Part shown: positions 1 to 13,019 of the stretch, in pieces
Layout: every line of letters begins with the position of its first letter
How positions within the stretch are numbered: the stretch's first letter is position 1
Source: Camelus dromedarius
Taxonomy: Eukaryota
NCBI RefSeq assembly: GCF_036321535.1
Contig: NC_087461.1
Span: 13,020,001-13,084,000, forward strand
Direction: 5' to 3'
Length of the DNA stretch: 64,000 nucleotides
Position numbers and translations under genes: made by a program
Notes under the pieces: generated by a model
The model's database searches: none
Seen by the model: only the letters and a program-made list of their open reading frames with translations
Told to the model about the DNA's origin: nothing

Positions 1-430
1 TGCACGTTACAGGGGGGAAACCTTGAGGAAGAGTGACTCCAAGGGGTGGTTAGAACTTGGGCTTATGTAGCATCTTAACAAAAGGACAGTATGTTGTCCG
101 AGAAGTGACAAGACAGAGGAAGAGGAGTTTGAGTTTCTAGGATGACAGATTGTGAGAAGGTCGATATCTGGGGGAAACTAATGAAGTAAGGTTTGTTTGT
201 GAAGGTCCATGTTGGCCCCAACTTTTCCATCATCTTCATGGCCATAAAGCATCCTTGAAATAGGGGACTTACGGTAGCTCCTATTTTTCCACAGTTTCTA
301 CTTTTAGTCACTTAAGGGAAGCTCCAGGAAGGTGTTTTTCTGTATCTGTTGATTCTCATTTGCTCCCATCTCAAAAGAACTCTTCTGCCAGTGTGGCATA
401 TTTGGGGAGGCATATTTTGGTCCCCTACAG
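1..430 (-). mobile_element. ERV1 (MER4-group-like) LTR fragment
   Basis: Ends ggcatatttggggaggcatattttggtcccctaca, typical of antisense MER4-group LTRs; weak recall. Confidence 0.45.
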
Positions 431-689
431 AGGACATAAGTGGAAAAAGGGGTCTTAGGTGAGATGGGCCATGACTGTGGGGTCCTGTGGTCTGGGGATG
501 GTGTCAGGGCAGCAAAAACCATCCAAACTCCTTTAGTGAAACTGAGTAAGAGAACCCACAGCCTCCACTGCAGAAAGTCATGAGGAAATTGATGAGATGA
601 GACTAAATTACTGTTTCAGCCCAGGCAGAGTCACAGGGGACAGGGGAGGTGGTCTGAGGTGAAGGGCAAGCACTTCCAGAGCTCTTTGC

Positions 690-850
690 ATGTACTGACT
701 CCTGTCATCCTCACAGGGACCCTATGAGATTGGTATTATCATCCCCACCTTACAGTTCAAGAAATGAGGTAATGAGAAATTAAGTACTTTCCCAAGCTCA
801 CACGATTAGTAAAGGATGAAGCCAGGGATGGAATCCAAGCAGCCTCTGGG
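690..850 (-). mobile_element. MIR (further MIRs at ~5225-5360+, 16930-17100-, 18080-18215+, 24760-24900+, 34780-34960+, 41560-41690-, 47780-47880+)
   Basis: MIR core atcctcacagggaccctatgag...ttatcatccccaccttacag and cctcagtttcctcat motifs. Confidence 0.75.
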
Positions 851-2906
851 GAGCTTGACAGCATTGCACCAAGCTTACTTGGCACTTTGGCTTTCCCTTA
901 TCCTTTTGCCAGATCCGTTACCCGGGAGCCAGTGCCTGATGAGGAGAATGCCAGCCCCAGGGACTTGCTTTGCACTGCATCTGAGGGGCTGCACTCCATC
1001 TTACTGTCTCATTCCAGGGCTCCTGTTACCTGGACGTGGTGGGAGGACACGGGCCAATGAGAATAGAGAAGGGGCCCCTCAGAAGTGTCACCCTCCAGTG
1101 CCAGGGTTTGGAACAGGAAACAAAATGGTACCAAATGGCCCAGAGTGCAGACGCAGAGCCTGAGGAAGAGCCCCTTCTCAGCAGAATGGAAGGGCGGGGC
1201 AGGGGCATCAGAGTGAATTTCATCCGCTCAATGACACCAGTTCTCTTCTGTGTAAAAATAAAATGTTTGCTTTTTTTTTTTTTTTGTCTGTTTCTTGGGT
1301 GTTGGTACTGCTCAAATTAAGAAGCCTGTAATCCCCAGAACTGTGCTATGAATGCACAACTCCAACAATCTTGAGGGATGAATGGTTTATAACATACCCG
1401 TGTGCTGCATTTCTCTTTATGTCTGTCCTTTTTTAAAAAGAAAGGTACAGTGATACTGAATTATGGGTCTGAGTGGAAGAAACGCTTCCTCCTACCCCAC
1501 GCCCACAGACAGCCAGGGCTGAAAGCATCCTTTCCCCAAATCCATTCACTCGTTTTCTTGCTAGATATTTTGGATGTGTTTTACCTGGTCACCTAAAAAC
1601 CAGTGCTTCGAGTGACTATTGAGAAAGAATACATAAGGAATCTGGTGACGAGGCAGCTCACCCAGGGTTGCAGCTGAAATAGAGTGTGGGTGGCAAGGGA
1701 ACCCCAAAAGCAGGTGCTCCTCACTTCCTGTGAAGAAAGCACTTCAGCCAAAGCAGGAGGGAGCAAAACAGTGCAAGAGGGACCCTCCCATGCTCCCATT
1801 TTCTTTCTTATAAAGGGAAAAAGAATCACAACGGATACATCAACATATTATGTAGGATATATTCCAGCAGCTATTGTAACACATAATCAGGCAATCAATG
1901 GCAAATTTTGTCATCTTAATCATAAAAGTGATAAAAATCTGTTCAAGTGACGGGATCACTTGTGTCCTGGATTAAGTTTGGGTGCGGTGGGGGTGGGGGG
2001 CGGGATTTGTGTAGGGCAGGGATTTGAGGGAGTAGGATTTGGAACCTTTGAGCATTTCCTCCATTTCTCCTTGCCTCTCAGCCCACTCAATGTGTCAAAA
2101 AGCCATAAAGAAACAGCCATTTGGATAGTTTAATCTTACAAATTTCCACTTGCAATTCTAAGAAAAGCTTTACAGTCATTCTGGTGGGTCTAGCATTATT
2201 GAACTGCTTAAACCCAAAAGTTCCCACTTGCCCCCGGCTTTCAGATTTTTTTCATAGTCTTTCTGTTATCAAGATACATCCAGTCTGTCATGTTGATGGA
2301 GCGCTATTTTAAACTAGGCTGAATAGAATTTGTTTAATGTGAAGTTCTCTTGATTAGGTATTTATCAAGAAACCAAGTGGCTTTCAAACTATGTTCATCC
2401 ACTGAAACACCTCTTCCCCTACAGGAAACGTTTGGCCATCTTTTTCATTGCTTTTCCCCCATAGAAGAGGGAGGCTTCTCACAAGTAAGAGCTCTTCCCA
2501 CCATGGTCCCCTCCACCCAAGTATATGGGGTATGCCAGCCCTCTGTCATAGCTCCATCTGTCCAGGAAATACTTTTGCTCCTCATCACCACCAGTGGCCA
2601 CCTAGTCCACTATCAGCACTACACATACAGACGCACTAGAGAAACCTCCATTTTCATTGCCTTGACCTTTGAAGGCCTGTATATATCAAATAGAATACCA
2701 GGTCACAATGTCCCAGTCAACATCAAGGTTGGGCCCCATTTGTTACACCATTACATGTTCTTCATGATCTATTGTGGTTTTCATTTCAACTTTTTAACAG
2801 CTGTATAAATTCAGATCTCCAAGGGTAGAAGAGGTGGTCCAGACTCACATCTGATCTTTTCACCTCCCCCACCCTCCACACCCCCAGTGCTCCATTTCCA
2901 ACTCTT

Positions 2907-3104
2907 GTGCCTTAGTCTGTTTGGGGTCCTGTAATGAAATACCATAGACTAGTTGGCTTATACACAACAGATTTATTTCTCACAGTTCTGGAGGCTGGAA
3001 GTCTGAGGTCGTGGTGTCAGCATGGTTGGGTTCTGGGGAGCACCCTCTTCCGGGTTGCATATGGCTGTTTCCTTAATGTCTGGGACAGAGGGTGAGACGG
3101 CTCT
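2907..3104 (-). mobile_element. MLT1 LTR fragment, runs into N gap 3105-3243
   Basis: tttatttctcacagttctggaggctggaagtctgaggtc. Confidence 0.8.
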
Positions 3105-4061
3105 NNNNNNNNNNNNNNNNNNNNNNNNNNNNNNNNNNNNNNNNNNNNNNNNNNNNNNNNNNNNNNNNNNNNNNNNNNNNNNNNNNNNNNNNNNNNNNNN
3201 NNNNNNNNNNNNNNNNNNNNNNNNNNNNNNNNNNNNNNNNNNNAAACATTAAGGCCATAACATCCTGTAAAAATTTCCATCTTGCTAGATTGTTCCTATG
3301 TCAGTAAATTAAGTTCTTCTGGAACAAGCCCAGGCATCCATAAATAACACTAAGCAGAAACGTAGCAGCACATTTTCAAGGAGAAGAATCTAGTCAATGA
3401 TTATGTCAAGAAACTGTCTTAACACTGATGTTTGCAATGATAGAGGTTATCAAGACTGGTCTTAGGAACAGAGATACTCTCTACCTAGTAAGATTTCTAT
3501 ATCTCTGTTCACCAAAAGGGTTCCCTGTAACCCCACCAATACCCTGACTGCTTCTGTGGAGTCTAGTCATTCCTTAGTGAGCCTACCTTGTGGAGACGTA
3601 CCAGTGTGTCAATAATTGGTGCAGATGAACTTTGCTGTATCCCTCCCTGACATCAGGCTCGGTGAGGGGACTGAGACGGTGTAGTCAGAGACTGCCAAGT
3701 TTACTTCCTCCACACCTTGGATGACATTCAGGCCTTGATGTTACAGAAATTCATGCTTTGGGGAGAAGCTCATTAGAGCCTGTGTTGTGAACCAAAGGCA
3801 ACTTTCAGAGAAAGAAAAAAATCATCCTTTCCTTTTCCATTCCTTCATCATAAACCACACTTTTAAAAAATTTGCTTTCTTTTGAGAATTAGAAATTGTG
3901 TGGCTTTTGCATGTGCACATGGGCTTTTTGGTCAAATGACTCAATAATACTTGAATTTTACTTTCCTTGTAATATTCCCTTTTAGGTCAAATCAAAACAG
4001 TGGTTCAGCTGATGTTTATCGTCTACCTAATATTTTCTCCAGTCCAGTGGTCCTCAAAGCG

Positions 4062-4235
4062 TGGCCCCCAGTGCAGTAGCATCAGCATCACTTGGGAACT
4101 TGTTACAAATGTCAATCTTTGGGCCCCACCCCAGGTCTGTTGAATCTGGAGTTCTGGGGGTGAGGCCCAGCCCTTGTGTTTTAACAAACCCTCCAGCAGA
4201 TTTTAATCTGCACTGATGTTCGAGAGCCACTGCTG
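4062..4235 (+). mobile_element. MER5A-type hAT MITE (related copies at ~16120-16275, 18960-19085, 57185-57340, 61495-61665)
   Basis: cagtggtcctcaaag...gcatcagcatcacttgggaacttgtt...gagagccactg terminal inverted ends. Confidence 0.8.
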
Positions 4236-4652
4236 TAGTAGAACTTATCTGTGTGTCTTCCGGCCCTAGTCAGCTTTATTGTACAGCTTTCCTAATTCAC
4301 CACCTTCAACTAGTCGAATTTTCAAATTTCAAAGTATTTTTTTAATTGCTTCTTGCCTTTGAAATAGACTCTCACAAGTTTTGCAGATGACTTATTTCCC
4401 TAATAAGTTGGTAAAGAATTTAACATATTAATAGTTGAAGGAGAAGTTGAGATTTTTTTTCTATCAACTATTTAATCACTGCATTACAAATAGTCCCAAC
4501 TATTTAATATACACATTTCCACTGTGATCATTTAACAACACCATGGTTAACAGAATTTCCTTGTCAGAAAGTGCCTAGTGTAAGGACAACAGAAGTCTCC
4601 CTAGAATAAGAATTATTATTTATGTGGTCAGGTTGCTATAACAATAATACTT

Positions 4653-4775
4653 GGGAGGGGGGCGGGTATAGCTCAAGTGGTAGAGCGCATGCTTAGCATG
4701 CATGAGGCCCTGGGTTCAATCCCCAGGACCTCCTCTAAGAATAAATAAATAAACCTAATTGCCTCCCCCCACCAA
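4653..4775 (+). mobile_element. Vic-1-type tRNA-Ala-derived SINE
   Basis: gggtatagctcaagtggtagagcgcatgcttagcatgcatgagg...gggttcaatcccc A/B-box head plus aaataaacctaattgcctccccc tail. Confidence 0.9.
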
Positions 4776-5809
4776 AGAAGAGTAATAGTTGGAAGAATCA
4801 TGGCATTGAGCAAGGAAGTTAAATTTACATTTGGAAATCTACTTTTAAGTAATTATAAAATTAAACACCGTTCTGTTTTAGAATTAAGAATTATGAACAA
4901 GGTGATTCTAGTAGCATACTGAGTAAAAAATGTAACTTAAACCTGGCGAGAAATTAAGAATTCATCTAGTAAGCTCTCTCACTTATGTTTGAAGAGAGTT
5001 TCATCACACTCATTCCACCAACTTTTATTAATGGTCCGAATATACATAAGTCTGTGCTTTGGAGACTCTCAGAATCTGGTAGAGAATTCTAGAACACTTA
5101 GAGGACATGCCCAAACCTAGACAGCCTTTGTTGGAGCCTCAACTCTACCATAAGTACGTCAACTCATTGCTTGGCTTTTGGGGGGAGGAAAGATTGGCCA
5201 TGGCTTAGAAGGGTTTTACTGTCCTAGGGTGAAATTCTGGCTGTGGCTCTGACTAGCTAGTTGTATGATTTTAGACATGTGACTTAGTTTTAGATCCTCA
5301 GTTTCCTCATTTTTAAGACAGGAGAATAATAACTATCTCTAGATATTGTGAAGATGCCGTGCCATGATGCTTCCTTCATCAAGAAATTTGCATTGATGAT
5401 GAGTGGCTGACAATACCCAGTTTTGATGAGGATGTGGTATAATGGGGTGTGATGTCATGTTCATGGCTGGTGAGAATACAGTGGTAGGATGGTGTCTGAA
5501 TGCACTTTAGCATCTTTTACTAGAGTTGAAAATAAACATTGCCTATGACCCAGCAACTCTACTTCTGGAACATAAACAAAAGAAATGTACTCACATACAC
5601 ACAAGAGACATGTACAATAATTTCCTAATAATGTTGTTGGTAATAACTAAACTGGAACAATGCAAATATCCTTAACAATAAGCCTAAACATGCAACCGGA
5701 AATAATATCAACATCCAACAATTTCACAAACATGAAAAAGATTTGCATTGAATGCTAGCTGCATGTCTGGCAATGTGCCAGGGATAAAACCAAGATAAAA
5801 ACTCACCTC

Positions 5810-6545
5810 CATGAATGTCACCACCACCACCCAGGTGCTCAAGCCCAAAGCATCCTCTGTTCCTCCCTGTCCCTCTCCTGGGTTTAGACAATTTGTGTCC
5901 ATCCACTTGTCTCCATCCTGCTGTTCCCATGCCAGTTCGTCCCACTGGGACTGGAATTCTAGAATAGCCTTCCAACCTGCCTCTTACTTACACGGTTGCT
6001 TCCCTAGTCTTCTCTCCCTGCAACAGCCACAGTGATTTTCTTAACACTTCAACTGGGTCTTGTCTCCATCCCGCCTAAAACCTATCGTGACTTTCCACCA
6101 CTCTAAGGTAAATCAAAACTTACTGTGGTTGGCAAGGCTCCCCTTGGCCTGACTGTCCAGTGTCATTTCCTGCCCATGGTCTCCCTTCATTGCCTCCATT
6201 GTTCTATACCCCAAACTTTTTCTGTGTGTCTCCCAGGCTCGGAGTCCCTTCTGTCCATTGCAGAGCTGAATCCCCCCTTATCTTCCACATCCCAACTAGT
6301 CATCAACTCCTCAGAGATTTCTTCACCACTGTGTTTCCTCCCACTCTGCTTATTTCTTCCACAGAACATTAAATAATTCATAGAATGTGTCATGTGTGTG
6401 TTTACCTGTTCCTTGTCTATCTTAGTCACAAGCAGGAGGCGAGTGCTGGGAGGTGAGGGTCCAGATTTGACTTGTTTTTCACTGTTCTTCCAGAGCTGAG
6501 CCCAGTGCCTTCCTCACAGTAGGCACCCTACAAATGTTGAATGAA
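5810..6545 (+). mobile_element. L2 3' fragment
   Basis: acagccacagtgattttcttaacac...cagtgccttcctcacagtaggcacc...tgttgaatgaa. Confidence 0.7.
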
Positions 6546-6809
6546 GGAAGATGGCCTCCCTTCTCTTAAAGTAAACAGAGGAGTGAGGGGATAAAGTCCA
6601 ATGGGCGATGCTAACATAATGTGATGGGTGCTGAGATGGGGGAAGACTTCAATCCCCTAGGAGCATCCAGGAGAGGTTTTGCCAAATATTTAGGAATAAG
6701 AGAAAGCTTCCAAGAGGAAATGATGTCTAGAGATTTCAAAGATCCCTAGGAAATAACTGTATCTGAGGTTACAGTATTACCATTTAATTTCTCATAATCT
6801 TTATATCAA

Positions 6810-7056
6810 AATAGTATGTTTCAACCTTTTTCATTATTGCCTCCTTAAGGAAGAGCCTTTTTTTAGACTATTTTTGCCTAATCACTATGCCCTCCTCCCA
6901 TTGAAATTTTATACCACAAATATATATATATATAGTTTATGTACTCTTTATAGATACATGCTTTATACATAAAAGGAGTAACTTTTTTTCTTCTCCTAAG
7001 AGCAAAGTTTTGCCCCTGGGGGTGGTGAAATTTCCCCCATTGAAAATGCAGGTATT
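6810..7056 (+). mobile_element. hAT-type MITE (MER96B-like)
   Basis: gtttcaacctttttcattattgcc...cccattgaaaatgcag inverted ends. Confidence 0.5.
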
Positions 7057-7212
7057 GGGGGGGTATAGCTCAAGTAATAAAGCACATGCTTAGTATGCAC
7101 GAGGTCCTGGGTTCAATCCCCAGTACCTCCTCTAAGAATAAACCTAATTCACTCTCCCCCCACTGAAATAATTAAATAATACAATAATAAATAAATAAAA
7201 TATTTTTAAAAA
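7057..7212 (+). mobile_element. Vic-1-type SINE inserted at the end of a hAT MITE
   Basis: Same head and tail; diverged TSD gaaaatgcaggtatt / gaaaacacaagtatt. Confidence 0.88.
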
Positions 7213-8123
7213 GAAAACACAAGTATTAAACCACTTAATATAGACCGTTGGGCCAAGTTTTGAAGAAAATGCAGTTGATACCATCACTGTAGTACTTGCT
7301 TTTTAAATGTCAAATAGACTGTATACTATTTTATAACAATGTTTTTTTTTTCTATTGGGAGAAAAAGAGATGAAGGGTTTTTTTTTTTAATGTGCTCTTT
7401 GAAGCAAAAAGTCACCATTAAAATCATAACGAGAGTTCACATAATAATATCCACCAATATGTAACGGGGCACCGACCTCCATCAAAAGCATTAAAGGATG
7501 TATCAGAGGAACTTGTATTTTTAGGGGAAAATGTGACAGACAAATGCACAATACTCATTGCACAATTTGGAAAGGAACATGTGGGGGCTGGTTGATGCTG
7601 AGAGTGGTTGGTGATATATTGGGACGATGACTTACTAAGAAGGTGTTACCTAAGAGATGATTTAGAAATGGTAATTAAATTATTAGGTAAATGAGTGCTG
7701 ATCAAGTTGCCTAGAAGAATTAGGGGTTGGAGAGCTCAGTGCTGAAGGTTCATGGAGCTAAGAGAACATTTTCAGAGAAAGGGAGTAATCTGGCTTACAT
7801 CTGACTGTAACTGTCTCAGGAGATGACTTCTGTTTGGAAGGCATTCATTAAAGCAGGTAGATACCAAGTGGCTATTCCTTGGAGGATAGAGAGTGTATGG
7901 AATTAGAGTGGAGAATACTGGGAAAGGAGTTTTCTCATGGAAGTTAGCCCAAGGGCAAACTGTATCTCACTCGGCACTTTTCACCAGCTTATCTTTCAGG
8001 AATTTTAAGAAAGTTAAAGCATTAAGGTTGGCTAAATGGTTTAACTCCACAGGCTCTATGTATATTCTGGCTCTTATTTTTGCACCTGCAGATGGATTCT
8101 GATTCAGTATTATAATGAGGGCA

Positions 8124-8124
<1 letters not shown>

Positions 8125-8162
<38 letters not shown>
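8125..8162. repeat. (CA)19 microsatellite
   Basis: Direct count. Confidence 0.97.
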
Positions 8163-8165
<3 letters not shown>

Positions 8166-9289
8166 CAAAAGTGGTGGGCTTCTAAGTCTGCCTTTTTAGC
8201 AGAGTTTCTTTTCATTAGCTAAGTGGTATTGAGCCTTACTGATGTTCAGTGAAATGAGGCATGACCTAGCTTGATGGTCCATGAAGGATGCTCAGTCAGG
8301 GTGACATTTCATCCCTTTAAAGTGGATGTTCCTATTTATACCAAGGATAGGTTTTGCAGTTATCCAGGAGACAAGGTATTTGCTGGTTTTACAGATAATA
8401 CAGATATACATCGTTTGCTTTTATTCCACTTCCCACTTAACCAGACTCCTTATTGCCAATTATTCTTCCTCATCTATTTAGTGTAATCTTCTCTTTCTTG
8501 ACAGGTTAATGTAAATCATCACTTCGATAATGCATCCCCCTTAAGAAACTTCCTGCCAATCCATATTGCCTGCAGACTGCTAAACTCCTTCATTAACTAG
8601 CTGACCCATGTTACTCTCTAATGAAGGTTTTCTTCTTCATTATTCTTCCCAAACACAAACTCTGCGGTCTAATCTGTTTCTTTTCCTTAATGCCTGTTCC
8701 CTTCAACCATCCCTTAACATCTCCGCTTCACGTGTTTGCACCCTTCCTACTGTTCTTTCTCTCCTCCAGAGCCAGACCTCTGCCTTCTATTACTGAGCAT
8801 ATTATGCATACTGACCTTGGATTAAATATAGAATGCACCCTTTCATACTAACTTCAAAACAAGGTGAACAGCCCTTACTCTGAGTTCCAGCAGTGTTTGG
8901 ATATGTGCTTATCACCCTATTTCAGTCTTCCTTCGATATTGTAGAAACTAACCTCCTGAGTTCATTTAAGACTCAGCCTGTGCTTTTGTGAAGCCAGTGT
9001 TCCAGCCCTGGAGATGGTTTGCCCCTGTGTATGTTGACATGCTAGATACATATAGCCATGGCTGCTACATGAATGTTAATGGATGTTACGTGAATTTCAT
9101 TTGTTAATTGAGCATTTAACTAACCAATGAGAAATGATATTGGATGACAGTTGTTTGGATGAGCGTATAGACACAGAGTTTGTCCCTTAGGAAAAATTTC
9201 TCGTTGCTTACAAGTTCACAGATTATTAATGTGATGATTCACCTCTAAGATTCTTTTTTTCTTTTTCATTTTTGTGTCATGTTGGAGGG

Positions 9290-9790
9290 GGTTGCAATTT
9301 TTTTACTGTGGTAAAATGTGCATAGTAAAATTTATGTTTTTAACCATTTTAAAATTTACTATTCCACGAAGGGTATTCACGTTGCTGTGAAACCATCACC
9401 ACCAGCCATCTCCAGAACTTTCTCAAATTCTCCAACTGAAACTCTGTCCCATTAAACACGGACTCTCCATTCCCCTATCCCCTGACAGTCACCATTTTCT
9501 GTGTCTAAAAATCTNNNNNNNNNNNNNNNNNNNNNNNNNNNNNNNNNNNNNNNNNNNNNNNNNNNNNNNNNNNNNNNNNNNNNNNNNNNNNNNNNNNNNN
9601 NNNNNNNNNNNNNNNNNNNNNNNNNNNNNNNNNNNNNNNNNNNNNNNNNNNNNNNNNNNNNNNNNNNNNNNNNNNNNNNNNNNNNNNNNNNNNNNNNNNN
9701 NNNNNNNNNNNNNNNNNNNNNNNNNNNNNNNNNNNGACCATTGTAAATAATGCTGCTATGAACATGGGTGTACAGATACACTGCCAAGAA
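9290..9790 (-). mobile_element. L1MA/MB 3' fragment spanning N gap 9515-9735
   Basis: ttaaccattttaaaat...aaccatcaccaccagccatctccagaact...aataatgctgctatgaacatggg. Confidence 0.8.
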
Positions 9791-11081
9791 CTTTTAAAAG
9801 AACTTTTAATTATATTCAGAAAAACTTATGCTATTACCTTAGACTGTATGGCATAAATTGAATTCCTCCTACACAATGTAATGCCGCATTTTAAAATGCT
9901 GCTAGGTAGCAGTGCCTTTCAATTTAAAGATGTTCTGATTCCCCTTGGCAAAATAGTGATATTTTTCAGCAACTTCTTTAGAGAGTGAAGGAAAATTAGG
10001 GGCAAATGTTTGGAGAACTAAATATGAAAGTCAACTTATCTTTGGTTGAACATATTGTTCTCAACATGGCTAATTAATTTTAGATAGTCACCAATCTTGG
10101 ACTACACATCCATTTCACTAAGTCAGCAAACTAGTTTTGAAATATTTTAATGATGCAGAGGGGAACCATTTTACCAATTCTGTAACTTTATCGGCTTTTA
10201 TCCCTTTAAATGTATACAAGCATATTCACTGTGCAAACATTTAAGTTTAAAAATCAGAAAAGTCCATTAAGGTGTTCAGTTGCTGGCAAATTCATATCCT
10301 CTTATGCAGTAGCAATTTGAGATAAAAATATTGAGCTCTTATTTAAAAACATATTTGGCAAAATAAATATTATTTAAGTCTAGAAAACATGTGAAAACTG
10401 TATCCTAATTCACTTTAATGTTCCACCATCAATTTGCATGTAGTGAATTTCTTCTTGTATTGATTCTAAGAGGTTATGTAAATTCCACAAAGATGGAGGT
10501 TTTCTCTGTTTTGCTTATTGCACACAGTAGGTACTCATTAGACACTGGATACAAACAAATGAATAATGGTATCACTTGGAAACTCTTCTGTAGACTTCCT
10601 TTATGTCTTAAAGTGAAATTAATAAACAGAATTTTAAGAAATATCCTATAAGGCCAAAAAATTGCAAAGGACTTTAAATAATAATACCAATAAAATTGAG
10701 ATTTTTTTCCCACTTTTTTATTACCAATCTCACTCTAATGACCAGCTAATTCAAGGCCTTCTTATGCTAGGATGAAAAAAGAAAGTTTTACTAAGCTCTT
10801 TCAAAAATTTTGCTCCTGATGGTAACTCAGCATTGAAGATTGATTCTCTTTATGAACTTTTATGGGACTTTTTTAATAACCTGTAGTTTTGGCTTTTGTG
10901 AAAAGAGGGCTATTTGCTACCTCGGATTCACACCTGCAGCTGTGAATACTAAAATATCCTGCACTGATGGCATCAGCAACTTTAGACTGGTTATCACTTG
11001 CCCCTCCCAGCTAACTTTGCTGTATTTCTTCTGCGGAAATGTCTCTGTCCTCTGGAACAGTTCTGCAGGAAGGAAGTGGCC

Positions 11082-11129
11082 AAGATCATGCAACTGGCCA
11101 TGTACTTTCCTGGCCAGTTGGATGATCTT
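11082..11129. repeat. Inverted repeat, 18/19-bp stem with 10-nt loop
   Basis: aagatcatgcaactggcca - tgtactttcc - tggccagttggatgatctt. Confidence 0.93.
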
Positions 11130-11499
11130 TTGTTAGAGTTCCATGGGGGCAACCCCAAACGACAGACCCCCTCTGTACTGTGGTGTGCCAAATCCTTCAG
11201 TTTTTAGAAAGCCATAAAATGGTGCTGCCTGTCAGGAGCTCAGAATTCCTTACCTGGGCAGTGTTCCATGGCATGGCCGATGCTAGAATGAAATTCACCA
11301 AACATGACAAATAACCCTTTTTCCCTTTTGTCTTGGTATCTGTGTTATTCCTAATTTAAAATATCCATAATATTCTAGACACTGTGTATAGTAATTTGGG
11401 CAGTTCTTACTCCCCAGCATTTTGTAAAAATAGAGTACTGACATAATCAGGGTTTCTTTTAAGAAAATCATATTTCATTGTGTGTGTATTTGTATGCAA

Positions 11500-11607
11500 T
11501 AAAGTATATATACACATATATGTGCACATATGTACATACAAGCATACATATGGACACATATACACACACATACACACATACATTATATATATATATATAT
11601 ATATATA
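11500..11607. repeat. TA/CA-rich compound repeat ending in (TA)12
   Basis: Direct reading; pure TA run at 11584-11607. Confidence 0.9.
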
Positions 11608-13019
11608 TGTCTTCTCTAATGACCAATGAAATCATCAAAATCCATAATAAGACATAAAAGAAGAGTGTGGGTGAAATAAGGCATGTTGTGTTAATTCAGG
11701 TTTTTTCTCCCTGTTTAGGGCTCTCGAAATACTAGCATACAAGCAGGTTGGGAAGAACCAGAGATAGTCTTGTAGCCTGAGATTCTACACCCTGCTCCCA
11801 CATTTATAGTCTTTGTCTCAGCAATGAGTCCCCAGAGGTTGGGTAGAGATTTGTTCTAATGGAACTTTCTCGACTCTTAGTTTACAGGGTTTATGCCATC
11901 ACAGCTCTGATGTTTAAGTAAGACTGATTTTTTTTTATATAACTGTAGGAATATTTCCAATTATTCATCTTTCTTGCCCGTGGGAGTTCTGATGTACACA
12001 AGTGTGGAGGTTGAGTTCAGTCATTGTTCCAGGTAGAATTCTTTTTGGCAGATTACTATGTGTTTGAATCTCTCTCCTGAGAACAGATCCCTGTGGTTGT
12101 TCTAATTCTCAGCACCAGTGTCTCTTCTTCATTTCTAGAGACCGTGATCCTCAGGGCAGGTTGTCCAGCCACATCTTCTGACCTTGGTCCAGAATAATTT
12201 TGTGGCCATGGACATATTTCTCTCTGGACTGACCCCTTTCTAATTTGCTTGTCTGATAGCACTCTCCCTTTCTAGTTCCCTGCATATCCAACATCCATGT
12301 TTATCCCCTGGATTCTGTTTAGATAAATGTATGTCTTCAGACTGTACATCTTTTGTTTTAAGCATATTGATAAAACCTCTAATTTGCTACCATTATACTT
12401 CTACCCAAGTCTGGAACTCCTCAGACAGTATGATTGGGAAACGCCAGTGGTCTCAATCTAGCCTATGTCACCCCAGGAAGGAGTTCAGACATAGCTGTCT
12501 CAGGATACTGAAATCTCCCTGGAGCTCTGGAGAGAGGGCTAAGTTTGCATTTTTTTTTCCACCTGGGATCCAGGAAGGGATACCTCTCCACCCTCACAGT
12601 CAAGAACTCATCCAGTTCTGGGGAACTGGTCCACCCTCTTGGCCATTTTCCCCTGCAGAAACCACTAGCAGGAGATTTCCAGCAGCCTTGATCACACAGT
12701 CTTTTTCCAGAACCCTGCAAGATATCCAAGGATCCCAGGAGAGAAGATTCACAATAAAAATTCATGAGAATGCATAAAAATAGAAATAGTTCTCACATTG
12801 CCCATTAGACAGCAAATAAGAGCTATTTATTCATTTAAACAAGATAGTTCGCTTTCATATAATCTAAGATGATTTTCCCACCTTCTCCTCTTTCCTCAAG
12901 CTTCTTATACTCCTTCAGTTTTAGTTGCTTTTTTTTTTTTAAACACTTTTTGCTTATTTAGTTTCTCAGCGCTCACTGCGCACTTCACTGAGAAAACACA
13001 GGCTCACAGACGGTCACAG

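Noticed and set aside
816-1320. Overlapping 115-aa and 94-aa ORFs with an acceptor-like ttgccag and a downstream aataaa-like signal
   Set aside because: No recognisable protein similarity, begins inside a MIR, and the composition is typical of chance intronic ORFs.
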